A DNA stretch of 62,816 nt, the filler included, from Octopus bimaculoides (Eukaryota), in assembly GCF_001194135.2 (NCBI RefSeq). It is 6 parts of 6 records of this genome, joined end to end, with 100 filler letters (N's around TTAATTAATTAA, not from the genome) between each part and the next. Parts side by side here need not be neighbours in the genome. Positions count along the whole stretch, not along the records: positions 1 to 8,175 come from NW_026310629.1; positions 8,276 to 24,158 come from NC_069004.1; 4 more parts are not named here. One strand, 5' to 3'. The translations under genes and the position numbers were made by a program. The stretch's first letter is position 1, and every line of letters begins with the position of its first letter. Below are positions 1 to 11,989 of this stretch, piece by piece. Under the pieces are notes generated by a model. It searched no databases. It saw only the letters and a list, made by a program, of their open reading frames with translations, and was not told the origin of the DNA.

Positions 1-165
1 TATATACGACGGGCTTCTTTTAGTTTCCGTCTACCAAATCTACTCACAAGGCTTTGGTTGGCCAGAGGCTATAGCAGAAGACACTTTCCCAAGGTGCCAC
101 GCAGTGGGAATGAACCCTAAACCATGTGGTTGGTAAGCAAGCTACTTACCACACAGCCACTCCTG
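1..165 (-). mobile_element. tRNA-derived SINE, family A, 5' half (cut by window edge)
   Basis: Reverse complement has A-box TGGCTGTGTGG and B-box GGTTCATTCC, followed by the same body as the copies at 15536, 24657, 39183 and 60303. Confidence 0.85.
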
Positions 166-2144
166 TTGTACACAATTACTTACATTATAGAATAAATGGA
201 AGAAAGACTTTGGGTTGAAGATTAAAAGAAAATAACTTATATTAAAGTCTATTAGTCAGCAGAATGTAGCAGTCATACATTGGACGTTGTCTCTACTGTT
301 TAGCCCCAGGAATACATCTTTTCCAGCTGACTGCCGACACATGGTCTGCATCCCTATACTGTGAGCAAGGGTGCTTATTGCCCCCTTTCTAGTCTTACTT
401 TATGACCAATGGTTCTGGGTTATTTCCCTTCCTCGGTACAGGACAATCACTGGCTAGAGATGGCAGCTACTCGGCCTTGCTCATAGTATATACTTTTAAA
501 GCGACACATAGTCGCTGATCTCGCTAAGGCTAGAAAGGGAGTAATAAACTCCCTCGCTGATGGTATACGGACACAGACCATGTGTCGGTAACCACCGGGA
601 AAAGATATTTTCCTGGGGTGAAACATTAGTAACATCCTCCTGTGTACGATTGCCACATTGTGTTGGCAAATAGACTTTACTGATAGGTACCATTAGTACA
701 TAATTCTCGCTCAGAGATTTAAAACTATGTGTATATATATATTTTATATTTTTCTCCCTGTTTATTTCTGGGTTCCTTCCTGACAAAGAGCGTAAGCTCG
801 AAACGTAAAAGACTTGCTCACTTCCCGATCGTTAAACTAATACATCTGTTTGTTGTTTACACACCCGTCTTCGTCTTTTGCTTTTTTTTGTGTAAATTCT
901 CACTATATNNNNNNNNNNNNNNNNNNNNNNNNNNNNNNNNNNNNNNNNNNNNNNNNNNNNNNNNNNNNNNNNNNNNNNNNNNNNNNNNNNNNNNNNNNNN
1001 NNNNNNNNNNNNNNNNNNNNNNNNNNNNNNNNNNNNNNNNNNNNNNNNNNNNNNNNNNNNNNNNNNNNNNNNNNNNNNNNNNNNNNNNNNNNNNNNNNNN
1101 NNNNNNNNNNNNNNNNNNNNNNNNNNNNNNNNNNNNNNNNNNNNNNNNNNNNNNNNNNNNNNNNNNNNNNNNNNNNNNNNNNNNNNNNNNNNNNNNNNNN
1201 NNNNNNNNNNNNNNNNNNNNNNNNNNNNNNNNNNNNNNNNNNNNNNNNNNNNNNNNNNNNNNNNNNNNNNNNNNNNNNNNNNNNNNNNNNNNNNNNNNNN
1301 NNNNNNNNNNNNNNNNNNNNNNNNNNNNNNNNNNNNNNNNNNNNNNNNNNNNNNNNTATATATATATATATATATGTATATATACTTCGTTTTTGTATCT
1401 TGCAAGATCCTTTATGTGAATTCGTGTGTTGAAGCAGATTTTGTTGTGTCTGGAGAGAGTCATATTGTCGTAACGCCTTATCATCTAACACACTCACTGG
1501 TCCAATTTCCACTCATTTATTATTTGCATTTTTTCTTCCAAAATTTTCGTTGCTATCGCAACCTTATCAATGGACGTTCACCCTGTTAGTTATTGGAGCT
1601 GCGTTCCTTTTTGTCTGTCTGTGCGCATGTATGTGCATCAGTGTCCATATATGCTTCTGTATGCACTTATGTGTCTATGTATGCGTGTATGCATCCATGT
1701 ATATGTGTGTGTATATGTATGTATGTATATATGTATGTATGCGTGTGTATATGTATGTATGGATGTATCTATGTGTACGTATGAATATATGTATGCGTGT
1801 GTGTATGTATGTATTCTGCATATTCATGTGTTAGTATGTGTGTTTGAGCGTTTTTATGTAAATGTGTGTGTGCCACTGTCTCCTTGTGTACGTTTTCCAC
1901 TGTGTCTATGTGTATGGATTTGTGTCATGTCTCCATATGTGTCTGTATGCATGTGCGTTTGTGGAGTGAGTGTGTGCGTGTATATGGTCATATGTTTCCG
2001 TCTCCTTTTGTGTCTATGTATGTATGTGCTTTTCTGTCCGTATTACCAATGTACCGATCTATCTGCTTACCTACGTATCTATTTGTTTACTACACCTTTG
2101 GTACCACCAACAGCCATAGGCCCTGAGTCTACCAGAGATACACC

Positions 2145-2461
2145 AGGAGTACGTATATAACCACCTCCCAAGCTTTTAAATATATTAGATCGACCAGTAT
2201 ATCTTTCAAACAACGATTTCACAACCACCAGTCACCCTTCAGAGTCCCAGAACGACGTTTTGTTACGTCCCTGGCCCACTCTGTGTGACACCTCAAATAT
2301 CAAATGACTCCATATGATTTAAGATGGAATATAATAGAGCATCCAGACCCATATATTAATGTAGCTGATTCAAAATCTGCATAGCAGAAACAAACAAACT
2401 TCTTAAGGACTATGCTAAACCTGGCTCGTTAAATACTCGCAAAGAAATTTTTTCTAAATGT
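2145..2461 (+). mobile_element. Penelope-like element, GIY-YIG endonuclease fragment (decayed)
   Basis: Manual translation: YIRSTSISFKQRFHNHQSPFR..TSLAH..LRWNIIEHPDPY../KICIAETNKLL..SLNTRKEIFSKC. This follows the PLE pattern YIGxT..FKxRxxNHxSSF..CxLCxxE..LNxRxE..KCxH, with stops and frameshifts. Confidence 0.75.
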
Positions 2462-2465
2462 ATCT

Positions 2466-2819
2466 TGGATCATAGCTATAGCATGCCCAGCTGACAACAA
2501 GGTATGCGATAAGGAAGAAAGGAAAGTCGAGAGATATGACAGGTTAGCTTGGGAGGTTAAGCAGTCGTGGTCGGTGAAAAAGGTGGTAGTAGTACTAATA
2601 ATTGTCGGAGCCCTGGGAACAGTGAGCAAAAATCTCGAGAGGTACCTGTAAAAAATAGGGGCTGCAATAAGGATGGAGCACTTGCAGAAAACGGCACTGC
2701 TTGGAACCGCTCGAATACCCTGGAAGGTGCTCGAAAAAATAAGGGGTGTTACCTTAGTTCACTGGCAGTGAACAGCTGACACTGTAGTACATCTCCAGCG
2801 TTAAAAGCTGTGCAAAGGC

Positions 2820-2820
<1 letters not shown>
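2466..2820 (+). mobile_element. R4/Dong-clade LINE, 3' end (restriction-like endonuclease plus 3' UTR)
   Basis: Translation WIIAIACPADNKVCDKEERKVERYDRLAWEVKQSW..IIVGALGTVSKNLERYL*KIGAAIRMEHLQKTALLGTARI; a short UTR ends directly in (AAT)n. Confidence 0.85.

Positions 2821-2873
<53 letters not shown>
2820..2873. repeat. (AAT)18 microsatellite
   Basis: Read directly from the sequence. Confidence 0.95.
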
Positions 2874-2874
<1 letters not shown>

Positions 2875-3443
2875 TTAAAGCATGAGACTATAATTTGTTT
2901 ATTGACGACCTCAAGGGGTACAGCTGCAGGTAAGAAAAAGAAGACGATACTGCCACCGGTAGTACACAGCTTATTAATATTATTGATATGAAATTCACCG
3001 GAGAAAAATTGTTCGAACAGAAACGCGAAGGTAGGAGAAATTATGGAAACGGAAAAACAACAAAACAAAATTAAAAATAAACTCATTTCAGTTTAGATAA
3101 AGAAACTGAGATAACAGAAAGAATCAGACACACAGACACGCAGAAACTGAGAATTTAATAAACAAAAACAGCATAGACCAGCCCCATCACACACTTTAAA
3201 GAAACGATTAGGAATAGTTTGAACAGACGCAGGAGATTAATATTTATAACACAACTAAATACACAAAATGGAGTAATATACGCCAGCTACCCAGAATGCC
3301 GTAGTAATACGTTATTGTTAAAGTAATCTCAGGAGGGCGAGCTTAAACGAATTAACATGACTAGACGGAAAAACCTAGAAAAAGTGTGACTTTGTTTACA
3401 ATACAGACCAAAAGTTTGACATAGAAAGATTATATTTACGGTC
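2874..3443 (+). mobile_element. R4/Dong-like LINE, RT/thumb fragment (old)
   Basis: NLFIDDLKGYS (RT FxDD motif), DMKF, TQLNTQN and DIERLYLR (compare R4 ADVERLYLPR); heavily frameshifted. Confidence 0.6.
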
Positions 3444-3790
3444 ATAGGCGCAGCCATGGCTGTGCGGTAATTAGCTTGCTTACCAACCACATGGTTTCGG
3501 GTTCAGTCCCACTGTGTGGCACCTTGGTTGAATGTCTTCTATTATAGCAGTGCTCCGCAACTTTTTTTACCATTTGCGGTACACTTATGTTGTATTCAAA
3601 ATTCGGCGGCACACCTGAGCTAAAGATATAGTTAAAAGTATTGGGAAAATAATATATTGAGGTTACACTGCGGCACACTTAGCATTGTCTGGTGTCACGC
3701 TAGGGTGCCGCTGCATACCGGTAGCGCAGCATTGTGCTGTAGTCTCATGTGGAATAGGTAGACGGAAACTGTAAAAAGACCATTGTATTC
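3444..3790 (+). mobile_element. SINE family A, split by a MITE
   Basis: Head ..tggctgtgcggt..ggttcagtccc..tcttctattatag stops at 3547. The body (gtagacggaaactg) resumes after 3742. Confidence 0.8.
3548..3734. mobile_element. 187-bp hAT-type MITE
   Basis: TIRs CAGTGCTCCGCAAC / GTAGCGCAGCATTG match at 11/14. 8-bp flanks TATTATAG and TGCTGTAG both derive from the SINE-A consensus TACTATAG. Confidence 0.7.
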
Positions 3791-4091
3791 ATACATACAT
3801 ACATGAACACATACATACACGAACACATACATACACGAACACATACATACATACCTATATACCTGCATACATATACAGATACATGCATACATACACACAC
3901 ATACATGCATACATATATACATGCGTACATACATAGATACATACATATATACACACATACATACTTACGTACACGCATACACATACATACGTACATACAT
4001 ACATACATACATGCATGCATATATACAAAAATACATACATACATACATATATATATATACATGTATAAAAGTATGTATGTTTGTGTGTGAA

Positions 4092-4225
4092 GGCGCGTGG
4101 ATGAGTGGTTAGCATATATTCCGGTCAGGCTCTTAAGGTCTGAGTTCGGTCCCCGGTGACGCTTTGTGTCCTGGAACAAGACACTCTATTTTATATTGCT
4201 TCAGTCGACTCAGCTAGGAAAACAG
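4092..4225 (+). mobile_element. tRNA-derived SINE, family B
   Basis: A-box TGGATGAGTGG, B-box-like GAGTTCGGTCC; body ttgtgtcctggaacaagacact resembles the copy at 45248. Confidence 0.6.
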
Positions 4226-4329
4226 AAAGGAAAATGAAGAGTGTCTGTAATAGCGGGTGGGCTATTCGGCCTGAAAATAGCCCACCCGCTCAAAGGGTTC
4301 CTGAATGAGGGTTGTGGCAAATAAATGAA

Positions 4330-4386
<57 letters not shown>

Positions 4387-5452
4387 ATAGAAAGGATTGA
4401 GGTAACTCCTGAAGATATAGAGTCCAAATTAAAAGAAGAGTGCCATTTGCCATCTTGTGAACAAGATGTTGAAATATTGTTCANNNNNNNNNNNNNNNNN
4501 NNNNNNNNNNNNNNNNNNNNNNNNNNNNNNNNNNNNNNNNNNNNNNNNNNNNNNNNNNNNNNNNNNNNNNNNNNNNNNNNNNNNNNNNNNNNNNNNNNNN
4601 NNNNNNNNNNNNNNNNNNNNNNNNNNNNNNNNNNNNNNNNNNNNNNNNNNNNNNNNNNNNNNNNNNNNNNNNNNNNNNNNNNNNNNNNNNNNNNNNNNNN
4701 NNNNNNNNNNNNNNNNNNNNNNNNNNNNNNNNNNNNNNNNNNNNNNNNNNNNNNNNNNNNNNNNNNNNNNNNNNNNNNNNNNNNNNNNNNNNNNNNNNNN
4801 NNNNNNNNNNNNNNNNNNNNNNNNNNNNNNNNNNNNNNNNNNNNNNNNNNNNNNNNNNNNNNNNNNNNNNNNNNNNNNNNNNNNNNNNNNNNNNNNNNNN
4901 NNNNNNNNNNNNNNNNNNNNNNNNNNNNNNNNNNNNNNNNNNNNNNNNNNNNNNNNNNNNNNNNNNNNNNNNNNNNNNNNNNNNNNNNNNNNNNNNNNNN
5001 NNNNNNNNNNNNNNNNNNNNNNNNNNNNNNNNNNNNNNNNNNNNNNNNNNNNNNNNNNNNNNNNNNNNNNNNNNNNNNNNNNNNNNNNNNNNNNNNNNNN
5101 NNNNNNNNNNNNNNNNNNNNNNNNNNNNNNNNNNNNNNNNNNNNNNNNNNNNNNNNNNNNNNNNNNNNNNNNNNNNNNNNNNNNNNNNNNNNNNNNNNNN
5201 NNNNNNNNNNNNNNNNNNNNNNNNNNNNNNNNNNNNNNNNNNNNNNNNNNNNNNNNNNNNNNNNNNNNNNNNNNNNNNNNNNNNNNNNNNNNNNNNNNNN
5301 NNNNNNNNNNNNNNNNNNNNNNNNNNNNNNNNNNNNNNNNNNNNNNNNNNNNNNNNNNNNNNNNNNNNNNNNNNNNNNNNNNNNNNNNNNNNNNNNNNNN
5401 NNNNNNNNNNNNNNNNNNNNNNNNNNNNNNNNNNNNNNNNNNNNNNNNNNNN

Positions 5453-6053
5453 ATGTCGATTATCATGCATGTTCTTTCTTTTTTATTCACCACAACACTA
5501 TCCGGTTTCCGATGTCTGGTCGGGCGATTGTACTGGATCATTACATCCACAGGATTTTGCAATCCTCATTCCCAGTTGAACCTTCTGGGGTTTTCCCATA
5601 CCACATCTTTGTGATTTCCACACAGCTCCCAATGGATCACTCTTCCCACATTGTCATGACGTCTTTTGTGTTCGCGTCGTGCCACATATTCTGCATCGCT
5701 ATCGGTAGTGCTGTCCATTTTGCACATCACATAGTTGGTCCTTAACGCTTGCTCTTGAGCTGCGCATATGAGTGCTTCTGTCTCTATCTTCCGTCACTCA
5801 TACTCATCCATAGCTACCGTCCTCTGTATCTGTCTTCGCGTTCACATCTCTTGAAAACTGACCGTACATTTCTTTTTTCCTTCCATACTGTTTCTCTTTT
5901 TAGGATAATTTCTTCTTAGAATTTTCTTTCTTTACACAATTTTCAGTTTTGATGACGCCGGCCTTCTTCGTATGTCTCAAAAATGTCTCCACGGCACTTT
6001 TTATACACCACCCTAAGCTGTTTTCCTCTGCTGCGACACAGGCCTAGAAACTG

Positions 6054-6055
<2 letters not shown>
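5453..6055 (-). mobile_element. R4/Dong-clade LINE, 5'-truncated C-terminal part
   Basis: Reverse-strand translation CVAAEENSLGW..KEMYGQF..ETEALICAAQEQALRTNYV..HKRRHDNVGRVIHWELC..RHRKPDSVVVNKKERTCMIID; runs into the gap at 5452. Confidence 0.85.
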
Positions 6056-6123
<68 letters not shown>

Positions 6124-6127
6124 TATT
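6056..6127. repeat. (TTA)n microsatellite at the Dong 5' junction
   Basis: Read directly from the sequence. Confidence 0.95.
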
Positions 6128-6662
6128 TGGCCTTGTGCTAAAAAATTTGAACCTAAAATCTATTGTACGACAGTGAAGAGGCGTGACCCCAGGGCTTGGG
6201 TGCTGCACTCGCGATCGTATGATCGCAAGTTCATATGACGGACTTAGTTTTCTGTCGTGTTCTTAAACAGAACGCTTCATAAAACGTTCTATTCGACTGT
6301 AAATGGTTTCCAGAATGAGCCGCGAACCTAACCCTGCGGAGGGTGGACAAGGCTCCCATTCATGGGGTTGGGGAGTGTTGTATATTCACGCTATAAAAAC
6401 CAGGCTAAACTACAGCTTTGTGAGACCCAGAGATTAAGGAAGGCCTTAGTTTAAGTATGTATTGTTGGACTACAGAAATATCTTGCAGAAACAGCATGGA
6501 AGATTTTTAGGAATAGTGACGGAAAACAAATAGAGAGAAGAATTGTTTCTGCTATCAAGCAAACAATGAATATAATGAGAGGTTAAAATGACCGGAAGTT
6601 GTGAGAAAACAAGAAAAACATTAACAACATATAAACAGAAAGATTGGTAGATAGAGATAGAC

Positions 6663-6713
<51 letters not shown>

Positions 6714-6737
6714 CAGAGTGATGGACAGATAGATAGA

Positions 6738-6786
<49 letters not shown>

Positions 6787-6880
6787 ATACACAAATAGAT
6801 AGACAAGCATATGGATAGACAGATAAATTGAAAATATAGATAGACAGACAAATAGATAGATAGGTAGATAGATAGATAGA

Positions 6881-6952
<72 letters not shown>

Positions 6953-7082
6953 NNNNNNNNNNNNNNNNNNNNNNNNNNNNNNAGATAGATAGATAGAAAG
7001 AGATCGAAAGCTAGGTAGATAGAAAGAAATAGATAAACAGAAAAATACATAAATAGCTTGATGGGTACACATACATATATAT

Positions 7083-7115
<33 letters not shown>

Positions 7116-7479
7116 CACACACATACAAACATACACACATATGCATGTATGTAAATAGAAATAGTTATATTGATAGATAATTAGATATATATTTTCATTT
7201 TTCTCTCCATCCGTCTTTTTGTCTTCCGCCATTTCAGTCATCATTTTCTGTCTCTCTCTCTGTCTCTCACTCTCTGTCTCTGTCTCTCTCTCTCTGTCTC
7301 TCTCTCTCTGTCTCTCTCTCTGTGTCTCTCTCTCTCTCTCATTCTCGTCCTTTTTGTTATTCTTGCGTTCAAAGATGGCTAACTAACGTGAAAGGCATGA
7401 TGAAAGCTGGAAAGCGAACGAACGATGGAAGAGAAGTGAAGGCGCATTGAGAGACAGGAGAAAGACGATGATGAGAGAA

Positions 7480-8175
7480 GAGAAAGAATTAGGGTTAGAG
7501 GTAAAAGAAAAGGAGAGAGAAAAAGAGGAAGAAGAACAAGAAGAAAAGAAGGGCAGGAAAACAAGGAGAAGAGGAAAAAGAAGAAAAAGAAGAAGAAAAT
7601 GAAGATGAAAAAGGAGGAGGAGAAGAAGAAGAAGAGGAAGAAAAAAGAGGAAAGCGAAGAAAAAGCGAATGAAAAAAGAGGAAACAATGGAGAATAAGAA
7701 GTAGGAGATGAAAGAGGAGGAGGAGAAGAAGAAGAAGAAGAAGAAGAAGAAGAAGAAGAAGAAGAAAAAGAAGACGAAGAAGAAGAAGGGAAATAACAGC
7801 AACAAGGCGAAGGAGATGAAAAGCGGGAGAAAAAGCGAGAAAATAAATAAAGATGAAGAGAAAAAGGACAAGATGAAGGAGTCGGAGGAGAAGAAGAGGA
7901 GGAAAAAAATGGAAAATGAATGAAGAAGAAAAAGAAAAAGACAAAGAAAACAAGAAGGGGTAGAATGGGAAAATACGAGGAACGAAGAAGAAGAAACAGA
8001 GGAAAAGACGAAGAAAAAGCGAATGAGAAGAAGAAGAAGAGGAAGAAAAAAGAGGAAAGCGAAGAAAAAGCGAATGAAAAAAGAGGAAACAGTGGAGAAT
8101 AAGAAGTAGGAGATGAAGGAGGAGGAGGAGGAGAAGAAGAAGAAGAAGAAGAAGAAGAAGAAGAAGAAGAAGAAG
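7480..8175. repeat. Polypurine GAA/GGA-rich low-complexity tract with an internal ~110-bp direct repeat
   Basis: Almost pure A/G. The block gaagaggaagaaaaaagaggaaagcgaagaaaaagcgaatgaaaaaagaggaaaca(a/g)tggagaataagaagtaggagatgaa occurs at ~7630 and ~8037. Confidence 0.85.
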
Positions 8176-8275
8176 NNNNNNNNNNNNNNNNNNNNNNNNN
8201 NNNNNNNNNNNNNNNNNNNTTAATTAATTAANNNNNNNNNNNNNNNNNNNNNNNNNNNNNNNNNNNNNNNNNNNN
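8176..8275. other. Artificial scaffold linker N44-TTAATTAATTAA-N44
   Basis: Exactly 100 bp; the 12-mer has stops in all six frames; identical structure occurs five times in the window. Confidence 0.95.
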
Positions 8276-8338
<63 letters not shown>

Positions 8339-8695
8339 CGCGCGCGTGTGAGTGTGTGTGTGTCTTTGCGCGAAGATGGAGAGCTGAGTAAGTGAGCGAA
8401 AAGCAAAAAACAAAAGCAGGAAAAAAAAGCAAGAAACAGAAAAAGAATTTCCAATTCATTCTCTATGAAAACACTTCAAATGTTGCGATGTGTTTTAATT
8501 CTCCCATCACTTCCGTTGCTAATGCTTCCATTGTTGTCGTTCTCAACATGCATTCACTACACAATGCATTATGTGTGATACTGTGCATGCGACATTGTGC
8601 AATGAATGCATATTGGGTTAGTGTTTAAATGCAGCCCAAAGCCATTTTCCACATGGGAAGGTGGCCATTTTTTGTGCATACATACGTGTGTGGTG

Positions 8696-8728
<33 letters not shown>

Positions 8729-8775
8729 CACATGCATATATGTATAAACATACATATATATACACAAACACGCAC

Positions 8776-8822
<47 letters not shown>

Positions 8823-9835
8823 NNNNNNNNNNNNNNNNNNNNNNNNNNNNNNNNNNNNNNNNNNNNNNNNNNNNNNNNNNNNNNNNNNNNNNNNNNNNNN
8901 NNNNNNNNNNNNNNNNNNNNNNNNNNNNNNNNNNNNNNNNNNNNNNNNNNNNNNNNNNNNNNNNNNNNNNNNNNNNNNNNNNNNNNNNNNNNNNNNNNNN
9001 NNNNNNNNNNNNNNNNNNNNNNNNNNNNNNNNNNNNNNNNNNNNNNNNNNNNNNNNNNNNNNNNNNNNNNNNNNNNNNNNNNNNNNNNNNNNNNNNNNNN
9101 NNNNNNNNNNNNNNNNNNNNNNNNNNNNNNNNNNNNNNNNNNNNNNNNNNNNNNNNNNNNNNNNNNNNNNNNNNNNNNNNNNNNNNNNNNNNNNNNNNNN
9201 NNNNNNNNNNNNNNNNNNNNNNNNNNNNNNNNNNNNNNNNNNNNNNNNNNNNNNNNNNNNNNNNNNNNNNNNNNNNNNNNNNNNNNNNNNNNNNNNNNNN
9301 NNNNNNNNNNNNNNNNNNNNNNNNNNNNNNNNNNNNNNNNNNNNNNNNNNNNNNNNNNNNNNNNNNNNNNNNNNNNNNNNNNNNNNNNNNNNNNNNNNNN
9401 NNNNNNNNNNNNNNNNNNNNNNNNNNNNNNNNNNNNNNNNNNNNNNNNNNNNNNNNNNNNNNNNNNNNNNNNNNNNNNNNNNNNNNNNNNNNNNNNNNNN
9501 NNNNNNNNNNNNNNNNNNNNNNNNNNNNNNNNNNNNNNNNNNNNNNNNNNNNNNNNNNNNNNNNNNNNNNNNNNNNNNNNNNNNNNNNNNNNNNNNNNNN
9601 NNNNNNNNNNNNNNNNNNNNNNNNNNNNNNNNNNNNNNNNNNNNNNNNNNNNNNNNNNNNNNNNNNNNNNNNNNNNNNNNNNNNNNNNNNNNNNNNNNNN
9701 NNNNNNNNNNNNNNNNNNNNNNNNNNNNNNNNNNNNNNNNNNNNNNNNNNNNNNNNNNNNNNNNNNNNNNNNNNNNNNNNNNNNNNNNNNNNNNNNNNNN
9801 NNNNNNNNNNNNNNTATAGATAGATAGATAGAGAT

Positions 9836-9900
<65 letters not shown>

Positions 9901-10035
9901 AAGGCAAGGAGACAGACAGACAGATAGATATGTATATATGCATGTATGTATGTATGCATGTAAACTGAAGCATATATATGTATGCATGTAAATGAAGCAT
10001 ATATATGTATACGTGCACTTACAAACACATCACAA

Positions 10036-11030
10036 CACAGGGTTAACATCAAGAGAGGTATACTTCAAGGAGATAACCTATCACCATTGCTGTTTGTAAT
10101 TTGTATGATACCCTTCACACAGATACTACGGAAAGTGATTCGGGTGGAGTTCACCTTGAAAAGTGGAAGAAGATTAAATTATCTGTTATATAGAGATGAC
10201 TGAAAGGTCTTTGGGAAGACCGAACCTGAAATATTTCAACTGTGCAGATATTCACTACAAAGAGGGAAAGTAGTGTCGTCTGATGGTGTAGAGCTACCAG
10301 ACGGCGAGAAAATCAAGGATATTGAGACTAATGGATATAAATACCTGGGTATTTTGGAATATGTCAAAATCAAGGTAAGTGAAATGAAGGAAAGCTTTAG
10401 GCGAGGATATCTCTGAAGAAACAAATTAATTATGGGAAGTAGGCTCAATGGAAAAAAAAGATCAGGGCAATGAACACATGGGCTTTTTGTTTCCTTAATG
10501 CGATTTGGCACAGATGTTGTTGGGCGGACAAAGAACGAGCTTGAGGAAATGGACAGGAAAACCAGAAAAGTGATGACAATTAATAAGGAACTACACCCAA
10601 AAAGCGATATTGACGGGTGGTATCTCTCTCGGAACAAGGGAGGAACAGGCCTCATAGAATGCAACATAAGAACAGTCTGGGATGATACACCAAGGAGCAG
10701 AGTGAATTCTTGCTTGCCGCTGTTAGAATTAATAATACAATACCTACCGAAAATATGATGCACCCAAAAACATTTTAAGAAACAGGGGAAAGAAGATGGT
10801 ATAAAATATGCACAGGCAATAATACCTCAGAGAAATTGAAGGAACAGACAAGACTAACACTTGGAGATGGCTAAGAAAAAGTGATCTCAAAGGATGCACT
10901 GAAGTGTTGATATTCAGTGCCCAGAAACAAGCTCTGAGGCAAAATTACACCAAGTTCCTAACAGTTAAGAGCAGCGAATGCTCCTTTGTAGAATGTGTGG
11001 CAACAAAAACGAAACAATCTCACATGCGCA
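10036..11030 (+). mobile_element. R4/Dong-clade LINE, RT to zinc-knuckle fragment (pseudogenised)
   Basis: RVNIKRGILQGDNLSPLLFVICMIP..LLYRDD; YKYLGIL; RTKNELEEMDRKTRKVMTINKELHPKSDIDGWYLSRNKGGTGLI; TWRWLRKSDLKGCTEVLIFSAQ; CRMCGNKNETISH. Confidence 0.9.
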
Positions 11031-11542
11031 AATATGCAGATTAGGAAATTCATTAATGTGTCTATTTAATTTATAACTGCTTTATATGCAGCTGATCTGT
11101 CCAACAAATCTTGAAACAGTCCATCAGAAGACTCACACCCCTTTTTATCCACACATCAGTAAATTTATTTCAGTTCTGATTTAGTCATTTTTAAAAATTA
11201 ACTACAAGTCTTTAAAAGCATGATAAAAGCAAATTAGGCTATTCAATAATGTATTAGCTTAATTTCTGACTACCTTATAAGTAGCTGATCTACAGTACCA
11301 TCAATGGTATTTATGGCACATATACTATACTATACTATGTACTATTAAAATATTGTTCGTATAACAACTTAGAGTATTGAACAAATGGTATTTCACCAAA
11401 ACAAAACATTTACAGTAACAGAAATGGTGCTGCTTGGATTGTAATACCATTTCCCTGTTGATGGAGTAATAATTCATTGTGTACCAAGGACAAACTACTT
11501 CGATATTGTAGTTGTTGATTAAGGGAATGATACAGATGGTGG

Positions 11543-11612
11543 AGGCGCGTGACTTAGTGGTTAGGTGTGTTGGACTCATGGTTGTGGTTTCGACTCCTGT
11601 CAGACGGGCAGA
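11543..11612 (+). mobile_element. SINE family B head fragment
   Basis: ggcgcgtgacttagtggttagg..ggtttcgactcc (A and B boxes). Confidence 0.55.
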
Positions 11613-11669
11613 TGGTGTGAAAGCGGTCAGAAATCTGGGAGAATACATACATACGTATATGTATGTATG

Positions 11670-11700
<31 letters not shown>

Positions 11701-11989
11701 ATCTTTACACGGTTGTTTTTTGTTATGGTCGGTAAGAAAGTAATTATTAGTTTCGCACCTGTATAGCTGTATAGGTGACTTGTGAGACTCGTAACCTCTC
11801 TAAAATTGGCGGGAGGAAAATGTCATACTCAGTTAATATTGTAAACAAAAAATTTCCGGTATGAAATTCTGCTGGCAAAACCTTGAGCGAGGGGAGTTAT
11901 CCCTCCTTAGATAGGTTTATGTTATATGCAAGACCCCCGTCGAAGACATCTGAAGGTAGTATCATTTTCCTAGTCGTCAAATGGGGAAT

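Noticed and set aside
180-830. Unique-looking sequence with ORFs 447-656 and 496-786
   Set aside because: No recognisable motif in any frame; may be an old TE. Cannot be supported without a search.
4385-4483. Frame ERIEVTPEDIESKLKEECHLPSCEQDVEILF after (TTA)n
   Set aside because: Weak resemblance to an R4 pre-RT segment, but too short and cut by a gap. It does not match the Dong 3' UTR at 2730-2820.
8220-8231. TTAATTAATTAA as a conserved homeodomain or PacI-like site
   Set aside because: Always centred in exactly 88 Ns; it is an assembly spacer.
11885-11912. Hairpin GAGGGA-TAAC-TCCCCTC downstream of a Penelope fragment
   Set aside because: Lacks both CUGANGA and GAAA; cannot be called a ribozyme.
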